DNA of 62,008 nt, the filler included. It is 6 parts of 6 records of this genome, joined end to end, with 100 filler letters (N's around TTAATTAATTAA, not from the genome) between each part and the next. Parts side by side here need not be neighbours in the genome. Positions count along the whole stretch, not along the records: positions 1 to 14,769 come from SRR2962707_3867; 5 more parts are not named here. One strand, given 5' to 3'. Every line of letters begins with the position of its first letter. The first letter of the stretch is position 1. Made by a program: the position numbers and the translations under genes. The notes under the pieces are model-generated. The model saw only the letters and a list, made by a program, of their open reading frames with translations, was not told the DNA's origin and ran no database searches. Positions 1-9,738 of this stretch are shown here, piece by piece.

Positions 1-29
1 CTTCTGCTCTACCATTGAGCTACACCCGC
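1..29 (-). tRNA. tRNA-Gly, 5' part (truncated by window start)
   Basis: Reverse complement GCGGGTGTAGCTCAATGGTAGAGCAGAAG matches the acceptor stem and D-arm typical of alphaproteobacterial tRNA-Gly; the anticodon is outside the window. Confidence 0.8.
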
Positions 30-141
30 GCGAGGCCCGCGTTTCTAGCATGAGGCCGGATCGGCGCAAAGAGGGAGACATGCGCGAGGCTCTCGGGATC
101 GTGAGAGACCGTGAGCATCCCGGCCTGATAGGGTTCGGCCC

Positions 142-1095
142 ATGAACGAGTTCGCATCTCTCAAATTCAACCACCCCGACATCACCGCCAAGGGCGAGGC
201 ACGCGCTTCCGTCACCTTCCGGCGGCTTGAGACGCTGTGGATCAACACCGGCACGCTCTGCAACATCGAATGCGCCAATTGCTACATCCATTCGAGCCCG
301 ACGGAGGATCGCCTTTCTTACATCACGGCAGTGGAAGCAGCGCGCTTTCTCGACGAAGCGGCGGCGCTGGCGAAAGCGGCGGGAAGCAGGTTGCCGGAAA
401 TCGGCTTCACCGGCGGCGAGCCATTCATGAATCCAGACATGCTGGTGATGGTGGAGGATGCACTCGCGCGGGGGCATGACGTTCTGATCCTCACCAATGC
501 CATGCAGCCGATGATGAGGCCGAAGGTCAGACAGGGATTGCTCGCGCTTCGCGAAAGGTTCGAAGATGCGTTGACGCTTCGTGTCAGCATCGATCATCAC
601 ACGGCGGCGCTGCACGATGGAGAGCGGGGGGACGGCAGTTTCGCGAAGACGATCGAGGGTTTGCGCTGGCTGGCGGGCAACGGCTTTGCCTTGAGCGTCG
701 CAGGGCGCATGGCATTCGGCGAAGCGGAGGCAGATGAACGCGCCGGCTACGCAGGTCTATTCGCGCGGGCGGGCATTGCGCTTGATGCCGCCGATCCTTC
801 GCGGCTCATTCTCTTTCCGGAGATGGACGAGGCGGCCGATGTGCCGGAGATCACCACCGCCTGCTGGGACATTCTCGATGTCGATCCCGCCGCGATGATG
901 TGCGCGACGAGCCGCATGGTGGTGAAACGAAAGGGAGCGTCTGCGCCTGTGGTCGTTGCCTGCACATTGCTGCCGGACGATCCGCAGTTCGAGATGGGGG
1001 CGACGCTTGAAGAGAGCCTTGACGCGGTGAAACTCAATCACCGGCATTGTGCGAAATTCTGCGTGCTGGGCGGAGCGAGCTGCTCGGCCGCCTAG
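142..1095 (+). CDS. Radical SAM protein with Cys-rich C-terminus (ArsS-like), function unknown
   Basis: CNIECANC (CxxxCxxC), TGGEPF motif, C-terminal HCAKFC..GASC. Confidence 0.9.
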   Translation: MNEFASLKFNHPDITAKGEARASVTFRRLETLWINTGTLCNIECANCYIHSSPTEDRLSYITAVEAARFLDEAAALAKAAGSRLPEIGFTGGEPFMNPDMLVMVEDALARGHDVLILTNAMQPMMRPKVRQGLLALRERFEDALTLRVSIDHHTAALHDGERGDGSFAKTIEGLRWLAGNGFALSVAGRMAFGEAEADERAGYAGLFARAGIALDAADPSRLILFPEMDEAADVPEITTACWDILDVDPAAMMCATSRMVVKRKGASAPVVVACTLLPDDPQFEMGATLEESLDAVKLNHRHCAKFCVLGGASCSAA

Positions 1096-2240
1096 CGAAA
1101 CCGCAGATTGTCGCGATTGAGGTCGGCCACGGTGCGGGCACCCATCAGCTTCATGCCGCGTTCGATTTCCGTGCGCATCAGGTCAAGGGCGCGCTCGACG
1201 CCGGGCTGCCCTGCGGCCGCCAAGGCATAGAGATAGAGCCGGCCGCCCGAACACGCCTTGGCGCCGACAGACAGCGCCTTCAGCACATGGGTGCCGCGCT
1301 GAATGCCGCCTTCGCAGATCACGTCGATCTTGTCGCCCACCGCATCGACGATCTCGGCGAGCTGATCGAACGGGCTCCGTCCGCCGTCGAGCTGACGCCC
1401 GCCATGGTTCGACACCATGATGCCGGTACAGCCGATATCCACCGCGCGTTTGGCGTCGGAGACGCTCATCACGCCCTTGAGCGCGAAGTGCCCGCCCCAT
1501 TTGGCGCGGATCGCCTCGGCATCTTTCCAGCTCATCGACTGATCGAGCATGGTCGAGAAATAGCTGCCGATCGAGGTCGCAAGATTGGTGCCTTCCTGCA
1601 CATGATCCTGCAGGTGCGGCAGTTCCATTTTCGGATGGGTCAGATAATTGATCGCCCAGCCTGGCCGCGCGGCAAAGCTGAAAAGACTTTTGAAGGTGAG
1701 CTTCGGCGGCGAGGTAAAGCCGGTGCGCAAGTCGCGTTCGCGGTTGCCGCCGGTGATGGTGTCGACGGTGAGCGCCATCACGTCGAACTTCGCGGCCTTT
1801 GCGCGCTCGATCATGCTGTCGTTCAGGCCGCGATCCTTGTGGAAATAGAACTGGAACATTTTCGGCGTGTCGATCATTCCGCCGATTTCCTCAACGCTCA
1901 CCGTGCCGAGCGAGGAGACACCGAACATGGTGCCGTATTTCTCGGCCGCGTGCGCCACAGCCCGCTCGCCATCCGGGTGGAACAACCGCTGCAGCGCGGT
2001 CGGCGCGCAATAGAGCGGCATCGCGAGCTTCTTGCCGAAGATGGTGGTCGACATGTCGACCGTCTCAACGCCGGCAAGCACATTCGGCACGAGGTCGCAC
2101 GTCTCGTAGGCTTCAGTGTTGCGCCGGTAGGTCAGCTCGTCGTCCGCCGCGCCATCGATGTAGTGGAAGATCGGGGACGGCAGACGGCGGCGGGCAAGCT
2201 CGCGGAAATCCCGGAAATTGTTACACCTTGCAAGACTCAT
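1092..2240 (-). CDS. lldD: FMN-dependent alpha-hydroxy acid oxidase / L-lactate dehydrogenase
   Basis: YIDGAADDE, SNHGGRQLD, GGIQRGTHVLKAL motifs. Confidence 0.9.
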   Translation of the reverse strand: MSLARCNNFRDFRELARRRLPSPIFHYIDGAADDELTYRRNTEAYETCDLVPNVLAGVETVDMSTTIFGKKLAMPLYCAPTALQRLFHPDGERAVAHAAEKYGTMFGVSSLGTVSVEEIGGMIDTPKMFQFYFHKDRGLNDSMIERAKAAKFDVMALTVDTITGGNRERDLRTGFTSPPKLTFKSLFSFAARPGWAINYLTHPKMELPHLQDHVQEGTNLATSIGSYFSTMLDQSMSWKDAEAIRAKWGGHFALKGVMSVSDAKRAVDIGCTGIMVSNHGGRQLDGGRSPFDQLAEIVDAVGDKIDVICEGGIQRGTHVLKALSVGAKACSGGRLYLYALAAAGQPGVERALDLMRTEIERGMKLMGARTVADLNRDNLRFR

Positions 2241-2258
2241 CGAAACCCGCTCCGCCGC

Positions 2259-3416
2259 TCAGGACGCCTTGAAATGTTTTGAAAGCTTAAGGCCCTGACG
2301 CTGATAGTTGGAGCCGAGGCCGGCGCCATATAGCACAGATGGCCGATCCGTCAGCCGCTCCAGCACGAAGCGGCCGACGATTTGACCGTGTTCGAGAATG
2401 AAGGGCACGTCGTGAGAGCGCACTTCGAGCACGATGCGGCTGCCTGCGCCGCCTGCTTCGCGCGCGCCGAAGCCCGGATCGAAGAAGCCTGCGTAATGCA
2501 CGCGGAATTCGCCGACGAGCGGATTGTAGGGCACCATCTCGGCGGCATGCGTCGCCGGGATGTGGAGCGCCTCGGCTGAGGCCAGAATGTAGAATTCGTC
2601 CGGGTCCAGAATAAGCCCCTTGCCGGGACGGACATGGACAGGGTCCCAGAAGTCGCGGACGTCGTAGGCGTCCGCCTTGTCGATGTCGATGACGCCTGAG
2701 TGACGCTTCGCCTTGTAGCCGACGATCTCGTCTTCGGTTTCCGTTGCGAGGTTCACGGTGAGCGCAATGCCGCCGTCGATGTCGGCAACGCCGTCGACGA
2801 GCTTCAGCTCTTCGTGCAGCCGCGTCATCTCGGCATCGGTGCAGCTATGTGTGCCGCGGCGGAACCTGATCTGTGCGAGTCGCGAGCCGGGACGAACGAG
2901 GATCGGGAAGGTGCGCGGTGAAATCTCGAGATAGAGATGCCCCTTGTATCCAGCGACGACCTGATCGAACTCCGTCGAGAAGTCCGTGATGAGACGGGTA
3001 AAGACGTCGAGCCGCCCGGTCGAGCTTTTCGGGTTCGCCGACGCCGACGTCTTTTCCGACAGCGCCAGGGCTTCCACCAGCGGCACGAGATAGACGCAGC
3101 CGGTTTCGAGCACCGCGCCGTCCGTCAGATCGATCTTGTGGAGCATTAGTTCCTCGACGCGCTCCATCACGCCGCGGTCGGGGCCGGGCAGGAAAGAAGC
3201 GCGGAGGCGATAGGCCGTGTTCCCGAGACGAAGGTCGAGGCTTGCCGGCTGGATCTGGCTCTTGTCGATCTCGTGGCCGCTCCAGATTTCCTTTTCGCGG
3301 ATCAGCGTCTGGATGCCATGCGAGGGCAGAATGCCGGTCGTGTGCAACTGGCCGGGGCCGACGCGGCGCGGCTCATCGCTGTGATGGGGGAATAGGTCGT
3401 CCGCAGCTTTGGTCAT
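2259..3416 (-). CDS. dcd: dCTP deaminase (long alphaproteobacterial form)
   Basis: IQPASLDLRLG, ANPKSSTGRLD, HYAGFFDPGFG, SNYQRQGLKLSKHF. Confidence 0.92.
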   Translation of the reverse strand: MTKAADDLFPHHSDEPRRVGPGQLHTTGILPSHGIQTLIREKEIWSGHEIDKSQIQPASLDLRLGNTAYRLRASFLPGPDRGVMERVEELMLHKIDLTDGAVLETGCVYLVPLVEALALSEKTSASANPKSSTGRLDVFTRLITDFSTEFDQVVAGYKGHLYLEISPRTFPILVRPGSRLAQIRFRRGTHSCTDAEMTRLHEELKLVDGVADIDGGIALTVNLATETEDEIVGYKAKRHSGVIDIDKADAYDVRDFWDPVHVRPGKGLILDPDEFYILASAEALHIPATHAAEMVPYNPLVGEFRVHYAGFFDPGFGAREAGGAGSRIVLEVRSHDVPFILEHGQIVGRFVLERLTDRPSVLYGAGLGSNYQRQGLKLSKHFKAS

Positions 3417-3567
3417 GAATTCCGGGCCTTGCGCGCTGCGGGCAACCGTTTCGCCCGAATTTGCGTGTGACGGTTATAATTGGCGAGGGCGGCCGGGGAA
3501 AGCCCGCACAGCGCCACGGGGCGTTTCCGGTCTTGACGGGGGCCCGGCGCCCGCCTTAAATGCGCCT

Positions 3568-3632
3568 CGATCCGTGGTGATTTGAGCCGACCGGCTTGCG
3601 GCCACGTTAAACAATTCGCTAAAAAGGTCGGG
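3568..3632 (+). ncRNA. SAM-II (SAM_alpha) riboswitch
   Basis: CGTGGTGATTTGAGCCGACCGGCTTGCGGCCACGTTAAACAATTCGCTAAA matches the SAM_alpha consensus as I recall it; directly upstream of metZ. Confidence 0.9.
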
Positions 3633-3638
3633 ACGCGA

Positions 3639-3672
3639 GCCCCGATCCGCCATGGTCGGGGTTTTTTATTTT
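3639..3672 (+). terminator. Intrinsic terminator / riboswitch expression platform
   Basis: CCCCGATC-CGCCAT-GGTCGGGG hairpin followed by TTTTTTATTTT, between the aptamer and the metZ start. Confidence 0.75.
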
Positions 3673-3683
3673 GGGGTAGCCCG

Positions 3684-4874
3684 ATGAGCAAGACAACACG
3701 CGATGGACGGAAACTGAGCGCCCGCACGGAGGCCGTGCATGGCGGCACCGCCCGCACGCCCTTTGGCGAAACCAGCGAGGCGATGTTCCTCACGTCGGGC
3801 TATGTCTACGAGACCATGGAAGCCGCCGAACGGCGCTTCAAGAACGAAGAACCGGGCTTCATCTATAGCCGGTTCTCCAATCCGACGGTGCGCATGTTCG
3901 AGGAGCGGATGATCGCGCTCGAAGGCGCAGGCGACGGACGGGCGACGGCGACCGGCATGGCGGCGGTCACGGCGGCGATGCTCTGCTATCTGAAAGCAGG
4001 CGACCATGTGCTTTCGTCGCGCGCGCTGTTCGGTTCCTGCCGCTACATCGTGGAAGACCTGCTGCCGAAATTCGGCGTGACCTCGACGCTGGTCGACGGG
4101 CGCGATATCGATGCGTGGAAGAACGCGGTGCAGCCGAACACGAAGGTGTTCTTCCTCGAAACGCCGTCGAACCCGACGCTCGAAATCATCGACATCAAGG
4201 CCGTCGCCGATATCGCCCATGCGGCGAGCGCGAAGCTCTTCGTCGACAATGTGTTCGCGACCCCGGTGCTGCAACGTCCGATGGAGCTCGGTGCGGATGT
4301 CGTCATCTATTCGGCGACGAAGCATATCGACGGGCAAGGCCGCTGCCTCGGCGGCGTCGTGCTGGCGGACGAGCAATTCGTTGCCGACCATCTCGCGAAC
4401 TTCCTCCGCCAGACGGGACCGAGCCTCAGCCCGTTCAACGCCTGGGTGATGTTGAAGAGCCTAGAAACGCTCGACCTGCGCGTGCGCGAACATGCCCGCG
4501 GCGCGGACAAGGTCGCGCGCTTCCTCGAAGGCCACAAGGGGATCGGACGCGTGTTCTATCCGGGGCTGCCGAGCCACCCGCAGCACAATCTCGCCATGAG
4601 CCAGATGGAGATGGGCGGCAACATCGTCGCCTTCGAGGTGAAGGGCGGCAAGGAAGGCGCCTTCCGCTTCGCGAACGGCCTGCAGGTGGTGAAGATTTCA
4701 AACAATCTCGGCGACTCGAAGAGCCTCATCACGCACCCGGCCACGACGACGCATCAACGGCTCACACAGGATGTCCGCGAAGAACTCGGCATCAACGAGG
4801 GGCTGGTGCGACTGTCGGTCGGGCTCGAAGACGCGGTGGACCTCATCGAGGACATGGAACGCGCGCTCGCTTGA
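3684..4874 (+). CDS. metZ: O-succinylhomoserine sulfhydrylase
   Basis: YSRFSNPTV, ATGMAA, YSATKHIDGQGR (PLP lysine), NNLGDSKSLITHP; start moved to the ATG downstream of the riboswitch. Confidence 0.93.
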   Translation: MSKTTRDGRKLSARTEAVHGGTARTPFGETSEAMFLTSGYVYETMEAAERRFKNEEPGFIYSRFSNPTVRMFEERMIALEGAGDGRATATGMAAVTAAMLCYLKAGDHVLSSRALFGSCRYIVEDLLPKFGVTSTLVDGRDIDAWKNAVQPNTKVFFLETPSNPTLEIIDIKAVADIAHAASAKLFVDNVFATPVLQRPMELGADVVIYSATKHIDGQGRCLGGVVLADEQFVADHLANFLRQTGPSLSPFNAWVMLKSLETLDLRVREHARGADKVARFLEGHKGIGRVFYPGLPSHPQHNLAMSQMEMGGNIVAFEVKGGKEGAFRFANGLQVVKISNNLGDSKSLITHPATTTHQRLTQDVREELGINEGLVRLSVGLEDAVDLIEDMERALA

Positions 4875-4878
4875 ACCG

Positions 4879-4922
4879 TTAACCATCTGCCTCACAAAAG
4901 CCGCCTGTTAAGGGGAAGTTAG
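4879..4922. promoter_or_regulatory. Possible CtrA sites upstream of apaG
   Basis: TTAACCAT at 4879-4886 and TTAA-N7-TTAG at 4908-4922 in otherwise GC-rich DNA. Confidence 0.4.
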
Positions 4923-5073
4923 AGTGTACCCGCTAGGGTCGAAGTCCTGCGGGGGTAGAGGTCATGCGGCATCTTGCCGAAAGATCTCGTGCGGAACATA
5001 TCCCTTGCAGGGCCGAGGCCAGAATGGCGCCGGTCCCGCACACTGAAAGACGCCTTCGCGCAAGGATAGCCCG

Positions 5074-5466
5074 ATGTACAGCGCTATAACACGATCCATC
5101 AATATTCTGGTCGAGCCGACCTATCTCGAGGATCAGTCGGAACCCAATCAGGATTATTATGTCTGGGCCTATCACGTCACGATCGAGAATCGCGGGCGCG
5201 AGACGGTGCGCTTGCGCGCGCGCTACTGGAAGATCACGGATGCGTCCGGCCATGTGCACGAAGTGCGCGGACCCGGCGTGGTGGGCGAGCAGCCGCTGCT
5301 GAAACCCGGCGAGAAATTCGAATATACGAGCGGCACCCCGCTCGGCGCGCCGTCCGGCATCATGTTCGGGAACTACGAGATGGAGACCGACGGAGGCGAG
5401 ACCTTCGAAGTCGATATCCCTGCCTTCTCGCTCGACAGCCCCTATGCGCCGCGGATGCTGCACTAA
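5074..5466 (+). CDS. apaG: ApaG protein
   Basis: [31 protein letters not shown]. Confidence 0.95.
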   Translation: MYSAITRSINILVEPTYLEDQSEPNQDYYVWAYHVTIENRGRETVRLRARYWKITDASGHVHEVRGPGVVGEQPLLKPGEKFEYTSGTPLGAPSGIMFGNYEMETDGGETFEVDIPAFSLDSPYAPRMLH

Positions 5467-5552
5467 AATATATCCCCTGCCTCGCTTCCGGCCTGCTGCC
5501 GGTCTAGGATGACGCTCTCTCACACGTCACTCTTGGACCCGCCCGAAGCCCC

Positions 5553-6731
5553 ATGCCCGTGCCGCAACACTTCACGCCCCGCGAGATGATCGAGAAGCTC
5601 GTTTCCTTCGACACGACGAGCCATCTCTCCAATCTCCACCTTATCGAGTTCGTCGAGAGCTACCTCGCGAGCCATGGCGTTTCCTCGCGGCGCGTCATGA
5701 ACGAGGACGGCACCAAGGCCAACCTTTTTGCGACACTGGGCGACGACACACAGGCGGGCGGACTCGTGCTTTCAGGCCACACGGATGTCGTGCCGGTCGA
5801 GGGACAGGACTGGTCGAGCGATCCCTTCAGCATCGTCGAAAAGGACGGCAAACTCTTCGGGCGCGGCACGAGCGACATGAAGAGCTTTATCGCCATCGCG
5901 CTTGCCTTTGTGCCGGAGATGCTGAAGGGCGGACCCAAAGTGCCCGTCCATCTCGCTCTTTCCTATGATGAGGAAGTCGGCTGCCTCGGCGTCCGGCCGA
6001 TGATCGAGAGCATCGTGCGCGGTCTGCCGCGCCCACAGGTTGTGATCGTCGGCGAGCCGTCATCCATGAAGGTCGTCAATGCGCACAAGGGCATCCAGTC
6101 CTATCACACGACGGTGACGGGCCTCGAATTCCATTCGAGCCAGACGCATCTCGGCGTGAGTTCGATACAATATGCGGCGGAGCTCATCACCTTCCTGATG
6201 AAGCTTGCGGAAGAGATGCGCGAGCGGGGAGATGCGTCCGGCCGCTTCAGTCCGCCTTACACGACCATCAATGTCGGCACGATCAAGGGCGGCACGGCGC
6301 TCAATATCATCCCGAAGAAGTGCTCCTTCCTCTGGGAGTACCGCTCGTTGCCCGACGCCGACCCCGCCGAGATCGTCGCGCGCTTCAAGGCTTATGCGGA
6401 AGAAGACGTGCTGCCGCGCATGCAGGCCGTCTTCCCCGGCGCAAAAATCGAAACCACCACACGGGCGCAATCGCCGGGCCTTGCGGCGCTTGACGGCGAC
6501 CCCGGCGAGACGCTGGTGATGAAGCTCGCGCAGTGCAATTCGGCGGAAGCGGTTTCCTACAATACGGAAGCCGGGCTCTTTCAGCTTGCCGATATTCCGA
6601 CCGTCGTCTGCGGACCGGGCGACATCGCGCAGGCTCACAAGCCGGACGAATTCGTCGAACTTTCGCAGATCGCCGAGTGCGAGACTTTCATGCGCCGGCT
6701 GACGGACTATGTGTCAGGACGTTCCGTCTAA
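5553..6731 (+). CDS. argE: Acetylornithine deacetylase (M20 family)
   Basis: SGHTDVVP, GRGTSDMK, YDEEVG, GEPS, GPGDIAQAHKPDE. Confidence 0.9.
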   Translation: MPVPQHFTPREMIEKLVSFDTTSHLSNLHLIEFVESYLASHGVSSRRVMNEDGTKANLFATLGDDTQAGGLVLSGHTDVVPVEGQDWSSDPFSIVEKDGKLFGRGTSDMKSFIAIALAFVPEMLKGGPKVPVHLALSYDEEVGCLGVRPMIESIVRGLPRPQVVIVGEPSSMKVVNAHKGIQSYHTTVTGLEFHSSQTHLGVSSIQYAAELITFLMKLAEEMRERGDASGRFSPPYTTINVGTIKGGTALNIIPKKCSFLWEYRSLPDADPAEIVARFKAYAEEDVLPRMQAVFPGAKIETTTRAQSPGLAALDGDPGETLVMKLAQCNSAEAVSYNTEAGLFQLADIPTVVCGPGDIAQAHKPDEFVELSQIAECETFMRRLTDYVSGRSV

Positions 6732-7175
6732 CCCCGGCGCACCGCGCATGTCACGGCTCGCATAGAGCGAGCGCATGAAGGATAGAAGCTCGGGCGCCTT
6801 CTCTTTCAGGTGCGTGACTTCGGGATTTCTGGCGAGTTCGCCGATATCGAACGGCACCGCATCTCCGCTCGCAACGCCGTGATGGATTTTCTCGAAGCCC
6901 ATCGACCAGCGCGGAAAGCTCCGCTCGTCGCGCTCCTGAGCGACAACGCGGATGACCCCGCTGTGGCGGGAATCGCGCGCAATTCCTTCAAATGTGCGCT
7001 CCACGCTTTCTCTGTCACCTTCGAGAACCTGGAAGAAGGTCTCATCCACGAGCAGAAGCATGCCCGACAGACCGGCACGCAGATTATTCGCGGTCGATGT
7101 CCGCAATATGTCCTGGATATCCCGGTCCAAGAGGCCGCGGCGGGCGGCACTCAGATAAGCGAGTTGAAAGATCAT
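6714..7175 (-). CDS. Short BLUF-domain blue-light sensor
   Basis: LAYLS (Tyr), N..GLSGMLL, FFQVLEG (Gln), DSRH, RSFPRWSM. Confidence 0.9.
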   Translation of the reverse strand: MIFQLAYLSAARRGLLDRDIQDILRTSTANNLRAGLSGMLLLVDETFFQVLEGDRESVERTFEGIARDSRHSGVIRVVAQERDERSFPRWSMGFEKIHHGVASGDAVPFDIGELARNPEVTHLKEKAPELLSFMRSLYASRDMRGAPGLDGTS

Positions 7176-7186
7176 ATCGAGATCGC

Positions 7187-7801
7187 CTAGCGCAGCGCCG
7201 GACCCATGCTGCGCTGGATTTCCGCAGAAAGGGCATTGTCGAACTTCGTTGCCAGCGTCTGCATCAGCGCCGCATAAGCCTCGTCGCGCTCGTTGAGGCT
7301 CGCGCTTTCGAGGACCGTTCTCTCCGCAAAGGCATCGACCTCGGCCGTCCAGGAGGAGGAGCCGCCGCTCTCGTCAGGGCGTTCGACGGTCAAACGCGCC
7401 TTCAGGCGCGCCTTCAACCGCGCGTCCTGCTGGTCGCCGAACACGCCGGTGAGGCCGCCCTTCTTCTCAAGCTCTTCGGAGATAACCGTGCCATCGAGAA
7501 TGGCGAGCGACGCCGTGCCGGCGCCGCCGGTGGCGACGAGGCGCACCTGCGCCCATGAGCGTGCGACCGACTCAGGCGTGACCTTATGGAGATGCTCGAC
7601 ATAGGGAGCGCGCCCGGATGGTGTGAAGTGGGCGTCGACGGCGATGAAGGCAATTGCAAGCCGGATCGGCGGGCGCGCTTCAAAGGAGACGCCGGCAGGC
7701 GCGGCAGGCGGCGGGGCGCTTGCGCAGGACGCGGCCAAAAGAACGATGGCAAGGGCGGCGCCAAGGCGGCGGCTGAAAACGGCTTTCCCGAGAGTGCTCA
7801 A
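7187..7801 (-). CDS. Conserved hypothetical lipoprotein
   Basis: Hydrophobic N-terminus with lipobox-like LAASC; in operon downstream of hslO. Confidence 0.7.
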   Translation of the reverse strand: MSTLGKAVFSRRLGAALAIVLLAASCASAPPPAAPAGVSFEARPPIRLAIAFIAVDAHFTPSGRAPYVEHLHKVTPESVARSWAQVRLVATGGAGTASLAILDGTVISEELEKKGGLTGVFGDQQDARLKARLKARLTVERPDESGGSSSWTAEVDAFAERTVLESASLNERDEAYAALMQTLATKFDNALSAEIQRSMGPALR

Positions 7802-7814
7802 ATCCGACCTCTTT

Positions 7815-8774
7815 TCACTCCAGCCCTTCCTTCAATTCGGCGGGCTCGAAGACATGGACCTCGCTGCAGAATTCGCAGGTCACGGTGATGACACCTTCCT
7901 GCACCATTTCGTCGATTTCGTGACCGCCAAAAGAGCGCAGCACCGAACTCATCCGGTCGCGCGAGCAATGGCAGCCGAATTCGACCTGCGCCGGCTCATA
8001 AGCGCGGACGCCATCTTCGTGGAAAAGGCGGAAAAGCAGCCGTTTCGGCTCAAGCTCCGGGTCCAGCAACTCGTGATCCTCGACCGTATCGAGGAGGATC
8101 GCCGCGCGGTTCCAGTTTTCTTCTTCTTCCGTATAGGGACGCTCGTCCTGCTGCTCGCGAAAGCCGGTGAGGCCGCCATCCTGCGGGATGTGCTGGATCA
8201 TGATGGCGCCAGCGCGCCAGTTTTTCTCCGGGCCTGCCGCCTCGCGGTGATAATAGGGGCCAGCGGCGAGGCGGATGCGCGTCGCCACCTGCTCGGAACT
8301 TGCGAAGTACTCGTGGGCGCTGTGGCTCAGGCCTTTCGGGTGAAGCGCGACAATTCCCTGATAGGGCGCCATATCCGCTCCCTGATCGATGGTCAGAGCG
8401 AGATGACCGCTGCCGAGCAGTTCGGCCGGGCTCACGCGCCCTTCCTTCAAGGCTTCGGCAAGGCGCTCTTCCTTGACTTGTGCGTAGCCGCGCATCTTGC
8501 CGGGTGCTTCATAGTCGGCAACCAGCATGGCGACCGGACCATCGCCTTGCGTCTGCAAGATGAAACGGCCGTCGAATTTGAGGGCCGAGCCGATCATTGC
8601 GGTCAGGGCGAGCGCTTCGCCCAGCAGGCGCGACACGGGCTCGGGATAGGCATGCGCGGTGAGCACGCGGTCGACCAGTGGCCCGAGACGCACGATCCGG
8701 CCCCGAATGCCGAGATCCTCGATCTGGAACGGCTGGATGAGATCGTCGATGGCGATGCCGTGTGTACTGCTCAC
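7815..8774 (-). CDS. hslO: Hsp33 redox-regulated chaperone
   Basis: YQGIVAL, YFASSEQ, CHCS...CEFC zinc centre. Confidence 0.93.
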   Translation of the reverse strand: MSSTHGIAIDDLIQPFQIEDLGIRGRIVRLGPLVDRVLTAHAYPEPVSRLLGEALALTAMIGSALKFDGRFILQTQGDGPVAMLVADYEAPGKMRGYAQVKEERLAEALKEGRVSPAELLGSGHLALTIDQGADMAPYQGIVALHPKGLSHSAHEYFASSEQVATRIRLAAGPYYHREAAGPEKNWRAGAIMIQHIPQDGGLTGFREQQDERPYTEEEENWNRAAILLDTVEDHELLDPELEPKRLLFRLFHEDGVRAYEPAQVEFGCHCSRDRMSSVLRSFGGHEIDEMVQEGVITVTCEFCSEVHVFEPAELKEGLE

Positions 8775-8802
8775 TGAACAAGCTCAATCAATTTTCTGCG
8801 GA

Positions 8803-9738
8803 TCACTGAAAACACCAGGCGAGTACACCTTTTTGCGCATGCAGACGGTTTTCCGCCTCATCGAAAACGACGGACGCCGGGCCGTCAATGACGTCGGCCG
8901 TCATCTCTTCACCGCGATGCGCGGGCAGGCAATGCATGAAGATCGCATCCTTGCGGGCCGCCGCCATCAGGCGCGCATTCACCTGATAGGGCGCGAGCAG
9001 GTTGTGGCGGTGATTGGCGGTTTCCTCGTTGTCACCCATCGAGACCCATGTGTCAGCGTTGATGCAATCGACATCGGCGACCGCTTCATACGGGTCGGTC
9101 GTGACGACAATCTTCGCGCCCTTCTTCTTTGCCCAGCCGAGCGCCTCTTCAGATGGCGACAGCTCAGGCGGGCAAGCGATGCGCAGTTCAAACTCCAGTT
9201 GCGCGGCCGCGTGAATCCACGAGGTCGCCACGTTGTTACCGTCGCCGACCCAGGCGACGCGAGCGCCCTTGATCGGGCCCTTGTGTTCCTCGAAGGTCAT
9301 CACATCCGCCATCAACTGGCAGGGATGCGAGCGGTCGGTGAGCCCGTTGATGACAGGCACGCTCGCATATTCCGCAAGGTCCATCAGATGCTTGTGTTCA
9401 TTGGTACGGATCATGATCGCATCGACATAACGCGAAAGAACCCGCGCCGTGTCGGCGATGGTTTCGCCGCGGCCGAGTTGCGTGTCTTGACCGTTCAGGA
9501 GCAGCGTTTCGCCGCCGAGCTGGCGCATGGCGACATCGAAGGAGACGCGGGTCCGCGTCGAGGGCTTCTCGAACACCATGGCGAGGAGCTTGCCCTTGAG
9601 CGGCCGGTCGGTGTCCGGCTCGGCCTGCCCCATCTCCAGCCGGGCGCGTTTGCGCTTCAGGGAGTTGTCGAGGATGGAACGGATATCGAGAGGCGTCACG
9701 GCATCGAGATCGAGGAAATGACGGAAGTTTGCACTCAT
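8803..9738 (-). CDS. argF: Ornithine carbamoyltransferase
   Basis: STRTR, HPCQ, WVSMG, HCLP, AENR; start at [10 protein letters not shown] overlaps the argD stop (ATGA). Confidence 0.95.
   Translation of the reverse strand: MSANFRHFLDLDAVTPLDIRSILDNSLKRKRARLEMGQAEPDTDRPLKGKLLAMVFEKPSTRTRVSFDVAMRQLGGETLLLNGQDTQLGRGETIADTARVLSRYVDAIMIRTNEHKHLMDLAEYASVPVINGLTDRSHPCQLMADVMTFEEHKGPIKGARVAWVGDGNNVATSWIHAAAQLEFELRIACPPELSPSEEALGWAKKKGAKIVVTTDPYEAVADVDCINADTWVSMGDNEETANHRHNLLAPYQVNARLMAAARKDAIFMHCLPAHRGEEMTADVIDGPASVVFDEAENRLHAQKGVLAWCFQ

Noticed and set aside
1047-2282. Long antisense ORFs (also 7623-8777, 8659-9999, 9828-10976, 15608-16921, 18230-19342, 19501-20841)
   Set aside because: Shadow frames opposite well-supported genes in GC-rich DNA; no recognisable motifs
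3582-3683. N-terminal extension of metZ
   Set aside because: Runs through the riboswitch and terminator
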